The notes beneath the pieces were generated by a model. That model was not told where the DNA came from and ran no database searches. It was given only the letters and a program-made list of their open reading frames with translations. Positions 1 to 13,410 of a stretch of DNA of 52,688 nucleotides are shown here, piece by piece. Source of the stretch: Chiloscyllium plagiosum. Lineage: Eukaryota. Where the stretch lies: assembly GCF_004010195.1 (NCBI RefSeq), contig NW_025214845.1, positions 1-52,688 on the forward strand, read 5' to 3'. Positions within the stretch are counted from its first letter, which is position 1. Each line of letters opens with the position of its first letter. A program made the translations under genes and the position numbers.

Positions 1-185
1 GCAATCTCTCACGATTTACTCTTTACTCTTTTTACTCTTCCTGCCAAAATGGGCATATTCATATTTTCCCACAATATACTCCATTTCCAGATCTTTGCCC
101 ACTCATTTAACTTACCTACATTCTTCTGTAGCCTCCTTATGTGCTCTTCACAACTCACTTTCCTCCTTATCTTTGAGTTATTGCC
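1..185 (-). mobile_element. Degraded CR1-type LINE ORF2 fragment
   Basis: Minus-strand translation RLQKNVGKLNEWAKIW resembles the CR1 RT motif LQxDLDxLxxWAxxWQM. Confidence 0.7.
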
Positions 186-529
186 TGACACCTGCTGTTG
201 GCATCAAAACAAAAGACAGACATAAGTGTTGCACTACAAAACTTTGTATAAATTTCAAAAAATGTTATTTTAAAAGATGGATGTATTGTACTGAATTCAA
301 AGCTCCGTGTTCAGTTACAAAAATCCATTATTGGTTCATTTCCTGAATATAATGGTACATCGTTACTATATGAAGACTGCCTCAGCAATTCAGTCAAAGT
401 ACCTTCAAGTAATAACCTGCCTGAACTGCAAGGAGAATATTATAGTTACTGCTATGGTGTAGTCAAAACGTTATTATGAGAACTGACCTGAATGACTAAA
501 TGTTGCTGCAGCTTGCACTTTTAACCTTT

Positions 530-970
530 GGAAAGGCTAGCATTATTGTCCATTAGTAATTGCCCTAGAGGTTCAAGAAGTCATCTTCTTGAACAGCCAC
601 AGACCATTAGATATGGGTAAATCCACAGTGCTGCCAAAGGAGCAAAATCCAGGACACTGAAATAATACCGATATAGTCCCAAGACAAGATTTTGTGCGGC
701 TTGGAGGGGAGCCAGCAGGCCGTGGCATTCCCATGTATTTATCACCTTTGATCTTTTGGGTGCTTGAGGTAATGAGTTTTGAAGATGCTGTTGAAGGTGC
801 CTTGGCAGGTTGTTGCGGTGCACCTTATAGATGGCACTGCAATTATTGTGCATTGGCGGTGCAGGGATCAAACGTTTAAGGTGGTGAATAGAGTGCCATT
901 TAAGTAATCTAGTTTGTTCTGGATGTTGTTAAGCTTCTTCAGTATTGCTGGAATGGAATTGGTTGAGGCG
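530..970 (-). mobile_element. 3' fragment of a CR1/L2-superfamily LINE
   Basis: Minus-strand ORF remnant (IYKVHRNNLPRHLQQHL) followed by a tail matching the ggcaattagggatgggcaat motif, also seen at ~1630 (+), ~11730 (-) and ~35070 (-). Confidence 0.6.
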
Positions 971-1544
971 ACAGAGCAAACTTCATACTGAAGTTTCATT
1001 AGAACCGTGACTTTACCAGTTTAAACTGATCCATAGCCATTAAGTGAAGATAATAGTCATCTGTTTATGTTTGAGTGCATCCTATAATTTTTGTTACTTA
1101 CCATACATTTACAGGAATCCAAATAAATAATTATCTCATCTTTCAATCTAAACCTAAACCAAATTTAAATTTAGAGAAGTTGAAAGACATATAAATATAT
1201 AAATGCAACTCCAGCAGGTGTTGTTGTCTTTTGCAAAAATGAGCCAATGGACTCATGCCATTTCAAGTGCCGAGCATGAATAAGTTAGGAAAATGTTATT
1301 TTTGAATCAAGATTAGTCAATTAAGTGTTATTTCTGGACCGACAATTCTTACAATGAGAGTGAGTTGGAAGTGAATTGGTGTGCTGGAATTCTAAGCTGA
1401 GATCAACATTATAGATGGACGGGCATTTATTTCAAGTTGATTGGATAGCATGGAATAAAATTTGCTTTAAAAATTCTACAATTTTCTTTCTAAGACACAA
1501 TATACATAGATTTACCCAGACTCTTTAATAGTTTGAAATAAATA

Positions 1545-1700
1545 TTTCTGTAACTGCGTCAAAATCCTAGATCTCCTACCCCACATGCATGGGAGCAGTT
1601 CAAGAAGTTGGCTCACCACTACGTTCTCAAAGGCAATTAGGGATGGGCAATGAACACTAGATTTTACAGCAATATTCAGATCAAATGAATGAAAAAAAAT
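1545..1700 (+). mobile_element. LINE/SINE 3' tail fragment
   Basis: gcagttcaagaag...ctcaccac...ggcaattagggatgggcaat...aatgaatgaaaaaaaa; same tail family as 530-970. Confidence 0.6.
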
Positions 1701-2711
1701 TGTCAAGAATCTCATCAGAAATTATTTGCAGTTCACATTAGGCATGGTTTCTTTAAATAATTGTGCCAAGAACATTCCATGCCCAATAAAAAAAACCTTA
1801 AATGTGATATGCCATTCAAGTGTGTTTGCTTCGGGGAAAGTGTGGGTCCCTAACTAAGCAATAAGCTGTCATTTGATTGGTGAAAACTTTCATGAGCTTC
1901 ATCACACCACATTTTATATAGTCACAGGCAGCTGTATTCAGTAGCAGGTTAAAGCACCACCTATTTATTGTCATGAACCAGGGCTGCTCATAAATTAGTT
2001 GCCAGTAAATTGTACAACTATCTCTGAAATAATGGGGAAATGGTATTGAAAATATTTTATTAGTAAGCTACAGATGGATTTTTAACTCATTAATATTCTG
2101 CATATACTGTTTTAAACTGTGGTTAATCTCTGGCAGGAGCTGACTGAACACTGCTCTTGATGTTTTGAAGTGTTTGTTAGTCTGAATTTTAATTCACAAG
2201 TACAGATATTTAAGGCTTAAAGTTAACAATTCAAAGTTAATATTTACTGAGACAGTTATACTGCAGATTTTATCTCAATTCAACTTAATTTTCATGTTGC
2301 ATTAACAGACTATTTTGTATAAAATGCTAGGCAATTTTGAGATTGAATGAATTTAGTTGAAGTGGTGTAGAATCAATTGGCTTGGATTCACACAGGTTAA
2401 ATGTAAAACGCCATTTAAAAGGGCTGAGGTGATCTGCTGGACTTCCTTTAGGTGTCCAGCTGTAACAGAGTTAACATCTTAATTGTTTTGATCCTACACT
2501 AACAAAAGTTCAATGAGAGTCTAACAATAATTTCATCGAGATCCATTTGCACCACTTTAAGAGCATGTCAAGCAAATATTTTCAGTGTAATTATTTACTA
2601 ATATTGGGTAAGTTTTGCAATTATTAGTAGTGAAGTTTGTTACACTTGCTCATAGATTTTTTAAAAATTAAAATAGCTTTTACACATAATATTCTTTACA
2701 GCCAGTTATGG

Positions 2712-3047
2712 GGTGACATGGTGGCTCAGTGATTAGCACTACTGACTCACAGTGCCAAAGAATCAGGTTTGATTCCAGCCTCGAGGGTGACTGTCTGTGG
2801 GGAGTTTGCACAATCTCCCTGTGTCTGTAGGTTCCCACTGGGTGCCCTGGTTTCCTCCCACAGTCCAATGATGTGCAAGTTAGGTAGATTGGCCAGACTA
2901 AATTGCCCATAGTGTTCATGGATGTGTAGGTTAGGTGGATTAGCCATGGGAAATACAGGGTTAAGGGATCTGGGTGGGATGCTTGGGATGCTCTTTAGTG
3001 GGTCGATGCAGAATGGTTTGTTTCTGCACTGCAGGAATTCTATGATA
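2712..3047 (+). mobile_element. HE1-like tRNA-derived V-SINE, older copy
   Basis: A box (tggctcagtgattagc), B box (ggtttgattcc), V-domain core (gtttcctcccacagtccaa.gatgtgca), CR1-like tail ending ttctatgat; homologous to 51305-51611. Confidence 0.85.
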
Positions 3048-3299
3048 CAATGATTGAAAAATTGTGTGTGAATAGGATAAGAAGCACTTTAGCACCTTAG
3101 CTAATCATGTTGACAAATTGCTAAACCATAGTCTGCCAGAAAGTGTCAGAAAATTTAATTCAATGTCAAATAATGTGCATCATACAGAAAGTAAAGAATG
3201 AATTAAAAGAGACAGAAAAAAATGTAATGTGAATTTAAAAAGAATCAACAAGCATGTTTGATGATGTTTGCACATTTGCAGCATTTGCAATTCTACAGA

Positions 3300-3715
3300 C
3301 AGTGCAGCAATTATTTACATTGACATGTAAGAAGACCTGACAACATTCAGGCATGAGCTGATGAACCAAGTAACATTCATGCCATGTGAGGGTTAGACAA
3401 TCAGAGAGAGTGCAACCATTGCTCCCTCGACATTCAATAGCATTATCGACCTTGAACCCCCACTACCAATATTCTGGGTGATATCATTGAGCAGAAATGA
3501 ATTGGTCTAGCCATATAAATACTATGCCTACCTGAGCAGATCAAAAACTGAGATCTTTTGGCAAATAACTCAACCCCTGAATTCCCAGAACCCATCCAAC
3601 ATCTACAAAGCACAAGCCAGGAGTTCTCTCCACTTGTTTGGTTGCTCTTACAATACTCAAAAAACTCAATACCAACCAGATCAAAGCAGTCTGTTTGCTT
3701 GGTTCCTCATTCTGA
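3300..3715 (+). mobile_element. Degraded LINE RT-region fragment
   Basis: gacctgacaacattcaggcatg, aagtaacattcatgcca, catctacaaagcacaag motifs; homologous to the minus-strand copy at ~36700-36960. Confidence 0.55.
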
Positions 3716-5129
3716 TTATCATCCTTAAATCAACCCAATATCCTCAGACCAGAATGCCCAGCTCCAGAGAAAACAGCTTTTCAACTGTTATTAGCTCTCT
3801 AAGAATTTTGTAGGTTTCAATGAGATCACCTTTTATTGTTTAAAATTCTGGAGGATATAAACCTATTCTTCTCAGCCTCTTGGGGGAAAAAAAAATTAAA
3901 GTTAATTTTAAATTTGGCCAAAAACTATCAATTATTTTAATGCCTCAATTTAATGAGCTGAAAATATATGACAACAAAGAGTTGAATTACTGGATTTAGG
4001 GGAGATAGTCCTTCAAGTTCAAAACAATAATTACCTTCTTTCAAACAGTGTGAATCAGTTAGTCCAAAGAATGTACTTTGCAATGAAAACCAAACCACAA
4101 ATATTAGACAAACAAAAAAAAGGTTGGGTTGGGTCCAAAGCAAGAGTATAACAAATGCTTACTTTTTATTTTCATAATTTCCCTTGCCAATTTTCTTATT
4201 TCCTCTCTTGAAGCGCTTTCTACTGTGGTGTTGTTCCACATTCACCAGCAGCTTTATCTAATGGACCATCCTTCATATGAGCCTTGAGTATATGATTTAT
4301 GATACTATTTGACTAGGTAAGTCATCACGAGAGGATTTGTTTAAAATAGAACCATCATATATATGTACATTCCTGTCAGAATTATTGTCAATGACAGATT
4401 CTTCTTCTCTATTCTAGGTGCAGAAAACAATTCCAGTCTTCAATTCCTTCCTTATTAAATGAAATAATGTATTTTATAATGTTTTATTGCATGATACAAA
4501 ATTTGTATGTTCACCAAAATTTAGTTGCACATAAACCTGTATATTGTTAATAGATACTGTTTTATACAATAAGTTAGAACCTCCTGGGCTCACTGTTATG
4601 AATCAACACTGGTTTCAAAATCCAGCTGTATAGCACTACAAAAGAATGGAGCTTGTAAAATGACAAATGTATAGTTTCCAGTAAATTATTGGGATTGTAA
4701 GGGCATTGTCATTGGTGTGCTGTGATGTGCGCAAAATTGGCAGATTGCAATGCCAAACATCATCTAATGTTGATTTGGTGCAGTGCCATTTTACTTGCAG
4801 GTCCTGTGAATATCCTCTCTTAAACACCCTAAGCTAAACATAACTTCAGTTCAATGAAGGATCACTCTCCCTTCCCACTAGTGCTATCATCATTGGGACT
4901 TCTGGGCAAGGTGTGTTGACATTCTTCTACTCTTGCATAATGAATGAATATACTATGTTCAGTGTCATTGGATGAACTTGAAAAGCTTGAAAAATGTTTG
5001 GTGTCAGAAGGCAGTGGTGCTAAGCTTCAAAAGAAAATTGGTCCGCCTCCTCTAACTACGCATATAGCCAGACAGCACAGTGAGGATGGCGAGGTCACCA
5101 TTATTGCAAATCGTGTAAATGTCTGAAAG

Positions 5130-5965
5130 GGTTCATTGTCCAATATGTTGATGTAATAGGGACTCAGTCAGAAGAACAACTTTAGACACCAGAGGAGTAA
5201 AATCTGACTTCAAGGTCTCCCCCACAATCTGGTTGTGAGATTGCTTAGCTCTATCTATCATTTGCAGCTTATGCTTTTTGACATGCAAGTGGTTCTGTTT
5301 GGTAGCTTCACCAGGTTGACACTCCATGTTCAGGTGTACTTGGTGCTGCTCCCGACATGCCTTCCTATACTCTACATTGAACCCAAGTTGATCACCTAGC
5401 TTAATGGTAATGGTTGAGTGGGGATATGCCAGGCCATGAGTTTGCAGATTGTGTTAAAGTACAATTCCGCTGCTGTTGATGACCCACATGAATGCCCAGT
5501 CTTGAGTTGCTAGACCTGTTGGAAATCTGTCCCATTTAGCATAGTGATAGCGCCACACAATATGATGAAAGTTATTTGATGTAAAGGTGTGACTTCATCT
5601 TCACAAGGACTGTGGGATGGTCACTCTTACTGATATTGATATGGACAGATGAATCTCCAGCTGGCATGAGATAAAGTATGTTTTTGGCTGGTTCCCTCAC
5701 CACCTGCTGAAGACCCAATCTAGCAGTATGTGCTTCAGCACCCAACCAGTTTGATCAGTAGTGCTGCTGCTGAGCCACTCTTCGTGCTGGACTTTGAAAT
5801 CCCCCATCCAGAGTACATGATAATCAGCAGGAGGTTTCTTTGCCCATTACCACATACCATCCTCGCTCGGCTAATGAATTGGTACTTCTCCATGTTGAAC
5901 AAACTTGGAGGAAGCCCTGAGGTAGGCAAGGGCATCAAATGTACTCTGGTTGGGGCATTTCATCA
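5130..5965 (-). mobile_element. Degraded LINE ORF2 fragment (endonuclease region)
   Basis: ttgaaatccccca (GDF-like motif on minus) and LINE-like downstream sequence; heavily disrupted. Confidence 0.55.
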
Positions 5966-6079
5966 TACAAAAGGATCCATCATACAAAAGCCATAGCCCT
6001 CAATGTTTATGCTTTTAGATCTTACAGGTATGCTGACTGTTAGTGCTATCGTATCTAATTGCTGCATTAGAAAGGTGAC

Positions 6080-6640
6080 CAAAGCCCCATGTGTCATTGT
6101 GTCCCTGCTTCCCAGGGCTTTAAGGTGGTCAGATTCTTAATGGCACAGGAAGCCATGAATGTTATTCACATGGGTCTGTGGGCCCCTGATATTGATGGAG
6201 AAAAGAACTGTCATCACAAGGGCTACCACTTTCTGAATGTAGCACTTGATGTGCAACCATGCACAGAACATCCTGTCATTGAATGCTTCACTATCTTGGC
6301 AATTGTCACTAAGCATTCATACACAGACAGCTGTACCAACAATACTTCATCCTCTGTGATGAACTGAGTTTGGTTGCTTGCTGACAGTGGGTACTCACAA
6401 TTTCCCTCTGCTACTTTTGAGCAGAGCATCTACAAAGAGCCACACTGTTCAGTATGCTTGAAGGAAACCATCACTATTCTGAAACTAAGGTTCTGCTGCC
6501 TGAACAGCTCTGGCTGAGGTCTCCAATACTTGTTGTAAAGTACCAGTATATCTAGATATGTGAGGGTCTCCTCCGTAATCTCACATTTTGTGGGCTTAGC
6601 TATGCTAATGGGGCCTTGGGAAGCACCTCAGAGGAACAAA
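6080..6640 (+). mobile_element. PIF/Harbinger DDE transposase relic (HARBI1-like)
   Basis: Broken frames give, in order, HMGLWAP...HHKGYHFLNV (cf. HxxIxAP...NRKGYHSINV), WLLADSGYS (cf. WLLGDSGYP) and ETITILKLRFCCL (cf. ERTFGxLKxRFRCL). Confidence 0.7.
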
Positions 6641-7382
6641 GAGGAGGGTGGAAAAGCTATCTTAGACGCTTCACTTTGGATGGTCTGTCCATGACTGACT
6701 ACTCAAACTGCAGTTCCCCTAAAATCTCATTACTTCTGCTCCATGCCTCTCCATATTTCCATATTGTTGCTACATAACATCAGAATATTCTCTTGACCAA
6801 ATTAAAGACATTACAAAAATTTACCTTCCTATCACAACTACATTCAACAACACTTCAAATAATACATACAAAACTAAACTATTGCATTTAATGCATTTTA
6901 TAATGCCTATCTTATGGGCCTCCTTTGCCTTGCTTAGAATCACTATGCAGTGCAACCTCAGTGGAACTACTTCAGTGTTTCTGTTTTTAGGAAAGCTTTA
7001 AAAAAACTCCTTTATTGCAACGCCTTAAGTTTTACTCTCTTTAAATATCAGCTTTGATGGCAAAACCCTGGTCCACTGGTTACTCTGTAAATAAAGTAAT
7101 ACTAATCCAGTCAGAAGCACCAGAGGCAAGAGGTATTACTAAATTCTTCCAATAACTATATTTTATTATTTTTGTCCATGTGGATCTGGCTGTTGTGGCT
7201 TTGCTTGAAATTTGTGCATGCATAGTCCCCTATAAAGAAACAAGACAAATTCTAATTGCAGTGATACAAATGAAGTAATGTGATACCTGACACTTAGCCA
7301 GATATACAATTCAAATAACTTTATCCTGACATTATCGGAACTCTTGTGTACATTACTCCTTACAATGTGAGGTCGAATCATT

Positions 7383-7962
7383 GAGTCATACAGCACGTAA
7401 ATAGATCCTTCGGTCCAACCAGTTCATGCTGACTATAATCTCAAAATAAACTAGTCCCACTTGCTCATGTGCTTGGCCCATATACCTCCAAACATTTCTT
7501 ATTCATGTACTTATCCAAATGTTTTTTAAATGTTGTAGCAGTACCCACATCCACCACTTCCTCTGGAGATTCATTCCACAGATGAACTATTCTCTGTAAA
7601 AGAAAATTGCCTCTCATGCCTTTCTAATATCCTTTACCCCTCACTTTAAAAATACGCCCCCAAGTGTTGAATTGCCCCACCTTAAGGAAAAGAAACTTGC
7701 CATTCATCATATCTATACCCCTCATTATTGTACAAAGGTCTACAAGGTCACCCCGCTACCTCCTACACTCCAGTGAAAGATGTCCTAGCCTATCCAGCCT
7801 CTGCTTATAACTCAAGCCCTCCATTCACAGCCACATTCTGGTAAGCATTTTCTGAAATGCCTCCAGCTTAATAATATCCTTCCTATAACAGGGTGACCAG
7901 AACTGGACACTGTACTCCAGAAGAGGCCTCACCAACATTCTGTGCAACCACAACATGACATC
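7383..7962 (-). mobile_element. CR1 LINE 3' end
   Basis: Homologous to 45009-45600; LEYSVQFWSP-type region to the CR1 3'UTR with atgactc tail. Confidence 0.85.
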
Positions 7963-8271
7963 TTACAAAGTTTTTTCATGTGGTCAACAATTGTTGGAGA
8001 GAGTTGATTGAACCTCAGTTCTGCTCAGTCTGATTCAAATCCTTCATTTATTGCACAAATGTTCTAATCCAGTGCTATGGTTATCAATCTAACAGTTTGT
8101 AATCTGTGTTAGCACAACAGTCCTTTGTATATTATTCCCTCTATTGACTCATTATGCATTTTCATTTTGAAAATGTAATCTTCACTACAAGATCACAAAA
8201 AAAGCTTCAATATTGCATGGTTCGACTTAAATAATAAAATCAATGTCTGTTGGTAAGAGAACTTCTCTTAC

Positions 8272-8362
8272 CTGATGATACAATGCTGGTTGCACAAAAT
8301 GAAAGGACATTTCTCAATTTGCAGTAGCTTTGCATTAGTTTGTGATGAATTTGCATTACCAT
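8272..8362 (-). other. Candidate 91-nt exon, probably 5'UTR of a leftward gene
   Basis: Minus strand: acceptor TTTTCTTTAAACAG| and donor CAG|GTAAG flank non-repeat sequence. Confidence 0.45.
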
Positions 8363-9129
8363 CTGTTTAAAGAAAACACTGATCATTGCACAGGGTATGT
8401 TGATAGACCAAAAGTTTCAATGCCTGACATCAGACAGGTATAACATGTTCTGCTATTTTAGAACCATCTCTATATAATTTGCATAAACCTCATATCAGAA
8501 ATGCAGCAAGCGTATTTGGCAATCGATTTAAGCATGTGTGAGATAACAGAATGCATTATTTAAATAGAACAACAAGACATATGTTTACAAAATGGACATC
8601 AAGTACATTGTTTTATCACAGTGAGATCTGGGTCACCAACAGCGGACATTGAAAACCCATTGTCTCATTCTAAAAACTAAGTGGATTTATGAGACCATAT
8701 TGTTGAATCCAATAAGGTAACTTGTGATTTTACCTGACCATATTTTAAATAACTGTGCATTTTTAAAAAATCCACTATTTTGTGCATAACAATCTAGGAC
8801 TATCAGTCATTCTTTTCTAAAATGTCAATTACACACTCTTAAAATTTAGATGGCCTAAAATGAGATGCAGGCTGCCAACAGGGAACAAGAATTAATGTAG
8901 TCGTAGAGCATATTTCATTAGATGTCATGTACTTACACAAGGGGGAGCAACTGCTCCAAATATAAACTTCTCAGTGAAAGCACTCCAAGTGACTATATTG
9001 AATTGTTTGGATAAATATTGGAAAAAGTCTTTAAAAGTAAAGAGCACAGCTTACAAAATTAATCTATTCCTTTCAAGTGAAATGGTGGAAGAGACATAGA
9101 ATGGGTTAGGGTTTTTTGAATAAATCGAT

Positions 9130-10025
9130 TAACTTTAAGCTTAAAAGGGAAGGTTAACACTAATAAGTACCTATGAGGAATTTTGGTAATATTGTAGAGA
9201 CGTAAAAGACACATTTGATGGACTAGAGGGGAAAATAGACAATGGCTGATTAACAATACGAAAAGAAGTAGGATTTATAATAAACATATTAAAAACAAAA
9301 GATTATCCAATGAGAGGGTAGGACCACACAAGGATAAAGGAGAGAATCTACTAATGGAGTGTGATGAAATGATAAAAGAAATGAAATATTTTACTTTTGG
9401 TTTACATTTAAGTTGGAAGTGGGAATGAAAGGATACTAGAGAACAATATGAAGTAATTAACCTATAGAAAAGGAGAAAATTGGCAGAATTCATGATGGAT
9501 ATGTCAGTGAAGTTTGACGACATGTCCAGTAGACTGAGAAGGAAATCAGAAAGGACAGCTGAGGCTCTGGCCACCTCTTTTAATTCATCTTAAATACGCG
9601 TATTATTATTGTGAACAGGCAGGTGGCTAATTCAGCATCATTGCTCAAGAATGGAAAGAAGGTTAAGTAGGTACTTACAGAAATGCTATGATATCATGGA
9701 AAGCTTTTAGAATCCATAACATGTGATCAAATTAATAGGAATTTAGAAATGTTCAGGCTAATTGAGGACATCCAGTGTAAAATTTAAGTGAAATTTTTGA
9801 AGAAATGTCTTATTGGGTAGTTAAAAAGAATTTAGTGAATCTTGTTTGAAATTGAATTGGATAAAGATTGGAAGCAGGGTTTCTCAGGATCAATGTTGAG
9901 TACACTACAATTCTTCATATAAAAATGTTTTGGACATGGTTATAGAAAGAACAATGTTGAAATTTTCTGATGATATGAAACAGCAAGTTTGGAAAACTGA
10001 GAAAAACTGCAAAGTACTTCAGAAA
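9130..10025 (+). mobile_element. Old, highly degraded CR1 ORF2 fragment
   Basis: Remnants such as gagagggtaggaccacacaaggataaa (ERVGPxKD) and aaattttctgatgatatgaaa (KFxDDxK). Confidence 0.6.
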
Positions 10026-10032
10026 TAATAAT

Positions 10033-10325
10033 CATGTTATGGAGGTGAGAGGGGAAAGATTTAAGAATAACCTAAGGGGCAACTTTTTCATGCAGAAAGT
10101 GGTGTGTGTTTGGAATGAACTGTCAGAGGAAGTGTCAGAGGCTGGTGCAATTACAACATTTAAAGGGCATCTAGATGGGTATATAAATAGGAAGGGTGTA
10201 GAGGGATATGGGCCAAGTGCTGGCAAATGGGTTGAGATTAATTTAGGATATCTGGTTGGTATGGATGAGTTGGACTGAAGGGTCTGTTTTGGTGCTGTAC
10301 ATCTCTATGACTCTATGACTCTAAA
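10033..10325 (+). mobile_element. CR1 LINE 3' end, 5'-truncated
   Basis: RGNFFMQKVVCVWNEL...FKGHLD C-terminal motif and (ctatgact)n tail. Confidence 0.9.
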
Positions 10326-11169
10326 TGGGACAGGTGAAAGATACAATTTAAGAAAGAAGGCAAGGATTGAAAATATGTAGTGAATGAAATATCTTGAAAA
10401 GGTGTGTAATGGAAAGAATAGCAAAAATTTACATTTATAAAATGCCTTAGAAATGTTCTAAGGTGCTTCACAGAAATGTCATCAGAAATTGAACCACATT
10501 TATCTTGATAATTGGCCGAAAGAACAAAGACATGGGTTATAAAGAGCATATTAAAGCTGGAGAGTGTGATAGTGTGCTAGTAAGATGTAGATAAACAGCT
10601 CTGGAGTTTGAATGGTACAGAATTTTGCACAGAACGTATGGACCTGCTTTCCCCTCCCTATCATAACGTAAAGTAGATTTCCTCAGTTGAAGCCAAACTA
10701 GGTAAGGTATTGTGAAGATTAAAACTATGAAGAGGCCAATGAGAAACCACTTCAGGTACTTATCATAATAAGTGTCAAAGATTTAGAAATTTAAGAAAAT
10801 ATTTATGTAAACAAATCATGCAATGGTATTGTTTTTGTTGTGAAAACGATACCTGAATTTCACAGAAGTCACTGCATGATTAAACATTATGTTCTTTACA
10901 CATGAAATCATGATAAAAGTTATGTTCAAATGTTTCAAGACAATGCATCATATTTCTTCCTGGAGACACAAAATTCTACTGAGTTGAATTAAAGATCCAG
11001 TAAATGTGATCAAAGTTTTTTGTCAAACATGCTGGGAGGGATTCCATAAAATCTAGCCTAATATTATAACAGTAACATTTTCATCCACTACTGTTGAGGA
11101 AAGTTTGATCAATTTGTTGCTTTGAGTTTTACCCATTGTACATACTGAAACCTGCCTACTTGTGGAACA

Positions 11170-12449
11170 ATTTAAATATACTGGAACAAATTTTCTTAAG
11201 CAAGAAAACAATAATTTGTGTGCATGCTGGGGATGCACAGTAAAGTTCTGCCACTAGGCCAAAGGAGTTTCAGCTGGTTAAGATTAGTTTTCATCCAGTG
11301 ATATTTAGGTTTTCTGAATAATAAATTGAAAACCAGAATTTTTTTGTCTTAATGTTTTATGGTAGCAATTACCTATTAATATGATGGAAGGCTAAACAAT
11401 TAGCATCTCATTTATGTTAAAAAGATTTTTCAGTTGTGAATTATAGAGCATTTACATGGAATGGTTATTCGCAGTAAACAGAAAAAATAATCACTGCCTG
11501 TGCACAGCCTTTACAAAACTTCATATTTTGGAATTTTTCATACAGTGAAATAACAATGAATAGTTTTACATAGCATTAAATACAGGAAAGTTTGGTTTGT
11601 ATCATGCAACTTTAGAATAGTTTAGCAACTATTTAATCACCAACAATAATGGAAAATAATGTGCCTGACAGTAGCCAATTAACAGATTCTGTTATCCTTT
11701 ATTTAAAAAAAAATTATTTCATGGAACTTGAGCATTGCTGGCAAGATCAGCATTTGATGCTCTCCTCTACTTATCCTTGAGAAGGTTACGATGTTGATTG
11801 GATTCTAACAAATGTATTGAAAAAGTTCAAACGAAAATACAAAAGAATTTAAATCTGTCCCTAGTGATAGACAATGCTTTGCAGTCGATATTTAATCATT
11901 CAATTAATTCTGCAGTAGGTTATCATAACATAATATTTAAATACACTGGCACAAATTTTCTTAAGTAAGAAAACAATAGTTTGTGTGCGTGCAGGGGATG
12001 CCACTAGGCCAAAGGAGTTTCAACTGGTTAAGATTAGTTTTTATCCACCAGTGTATAGGTTTGCTGAATAATAATTTGAAAATCAGAAATAAGTTTTTGT
12101 CTTAATGTTTTTGGTAGCATTTTTTATTATTATGATTAATGGGGAATTAGTTCACATCCAGTTTATGTTAACTGGATTATTTTTTCATTTGCGAATTATG
12201 GAGCATTTACATGGAATGGTAATTTGCACTTAACAAGAGTATTGAAAAAGTAATCACTAGCTGTGCACAGTAGGAAAAAAGTTCAACAGCCTTTACAAAA
12301 CTTCATATTTTGGGATTTTTCATACAGTGAAATGACAATGAATAGTTTTACATAGTGTTAAATACAATGTTTGGTTTTGTATCATGCAACTTTATAGCAG
12401 TTTAGCAACTATTTAATAAGCAACAATAATGGAAAGTAATGATATTGAC
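11170..12449 (+). repeat. Local direct duplication of ~500 bp (11170-11669 and 11935-12449)
   Basis: Collinear blocks such as ccactaggccaaaggagtttca and cagcctttacaaaacttcatattttgg occur in both copies. Confidence 0.9.
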
Positions 12450-13248
12450 GTCTTATAAAGGTGATCCAAAGTAAAAATGAATAGACAGAAGTCACACTAG
12501 AAGGAAAAGAGAGGAAAATAAGATAGAGTAAGGAAAGAGACTTTGAAATCAAATTTGCAACAAACCTTTTATTAGAAACTAAAAGCAAAAAATACTGTAG
12601 TGAGTACGCTTACGCAATATTTGTCCTCAAAACACTTGAAAATGTGTGTTTCCTGCTAGCTCCCAGTTTGCATCACCTTCTCTTTCAAGAAAGAGTAAAA
12701 TATGTCAGTAAATGCCCTGTAATTTTTTGGGCGATGTGATGATCAAGATTTAACTGTACGTATGGCAGCTGAGAGTTGTTGGCACTAGGCTTGCAACTTT
12801 ACTAAGTTTGTGAGGGTGAGATAAAATATTTTAGGATTGAGTTTGATTGATAAGGATTGTTTGTAAGTAGCTAATGGGTGACGGATAGTTAACTGGGCTC
12901 TAGATGAGGCTAAGTTTGCAGTAGGAAGGATATGTAAGTTGAAGATGAATTATTCAACATGACAATTTTTGCAATATCATTTATTTTCCTCCCTGCATTG
13001 CATCCATATTCATGTAACAAAATTCCGGGCATTTACTCCTGTCCCTGTTCCCGCTGTCTCCTGAACATTGATTTGGAAGTCTTCCTGCCCCCTACTGGAT
13101 ACTGAACATCTCTACACTTCGATAATGAGGACTCCAGTGCAGTATCTGAAAATGTTTGTGCACACTCTCAATCATCCTTCCTAGCAGCTTTTCAGAGGTG
13201 CCAACCATCACTCCAATCCCCGTGTCTTGCAGCCAAAACGCGTCTCAC

Positions 13249-13410
13249 CTTTAAGAAATACGGGCTGCTTTTTAGTGGCACAAGTTGATAGCAATATTCG
13301 GATGGTGATAGCTGCAGCCAATTAAACATGGTCGGCGTTGCCTGTTGCACGTATCTATGACAAAGAAGCAGGCAGCAACATGTACGGGTGCGGGTTATTT
13401 ATACCGCGAT
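13249..13410 (-). promoter_or_regulatory. Candidate minus-strand promoter and first exon
   Basis: Local CpG cluster; TATAAATA on minus at 13403-13396; RFX X-box-like motifs 13337-13379; donor AAAG|GTGAG at 13249/13248. Confidence 0.45.
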
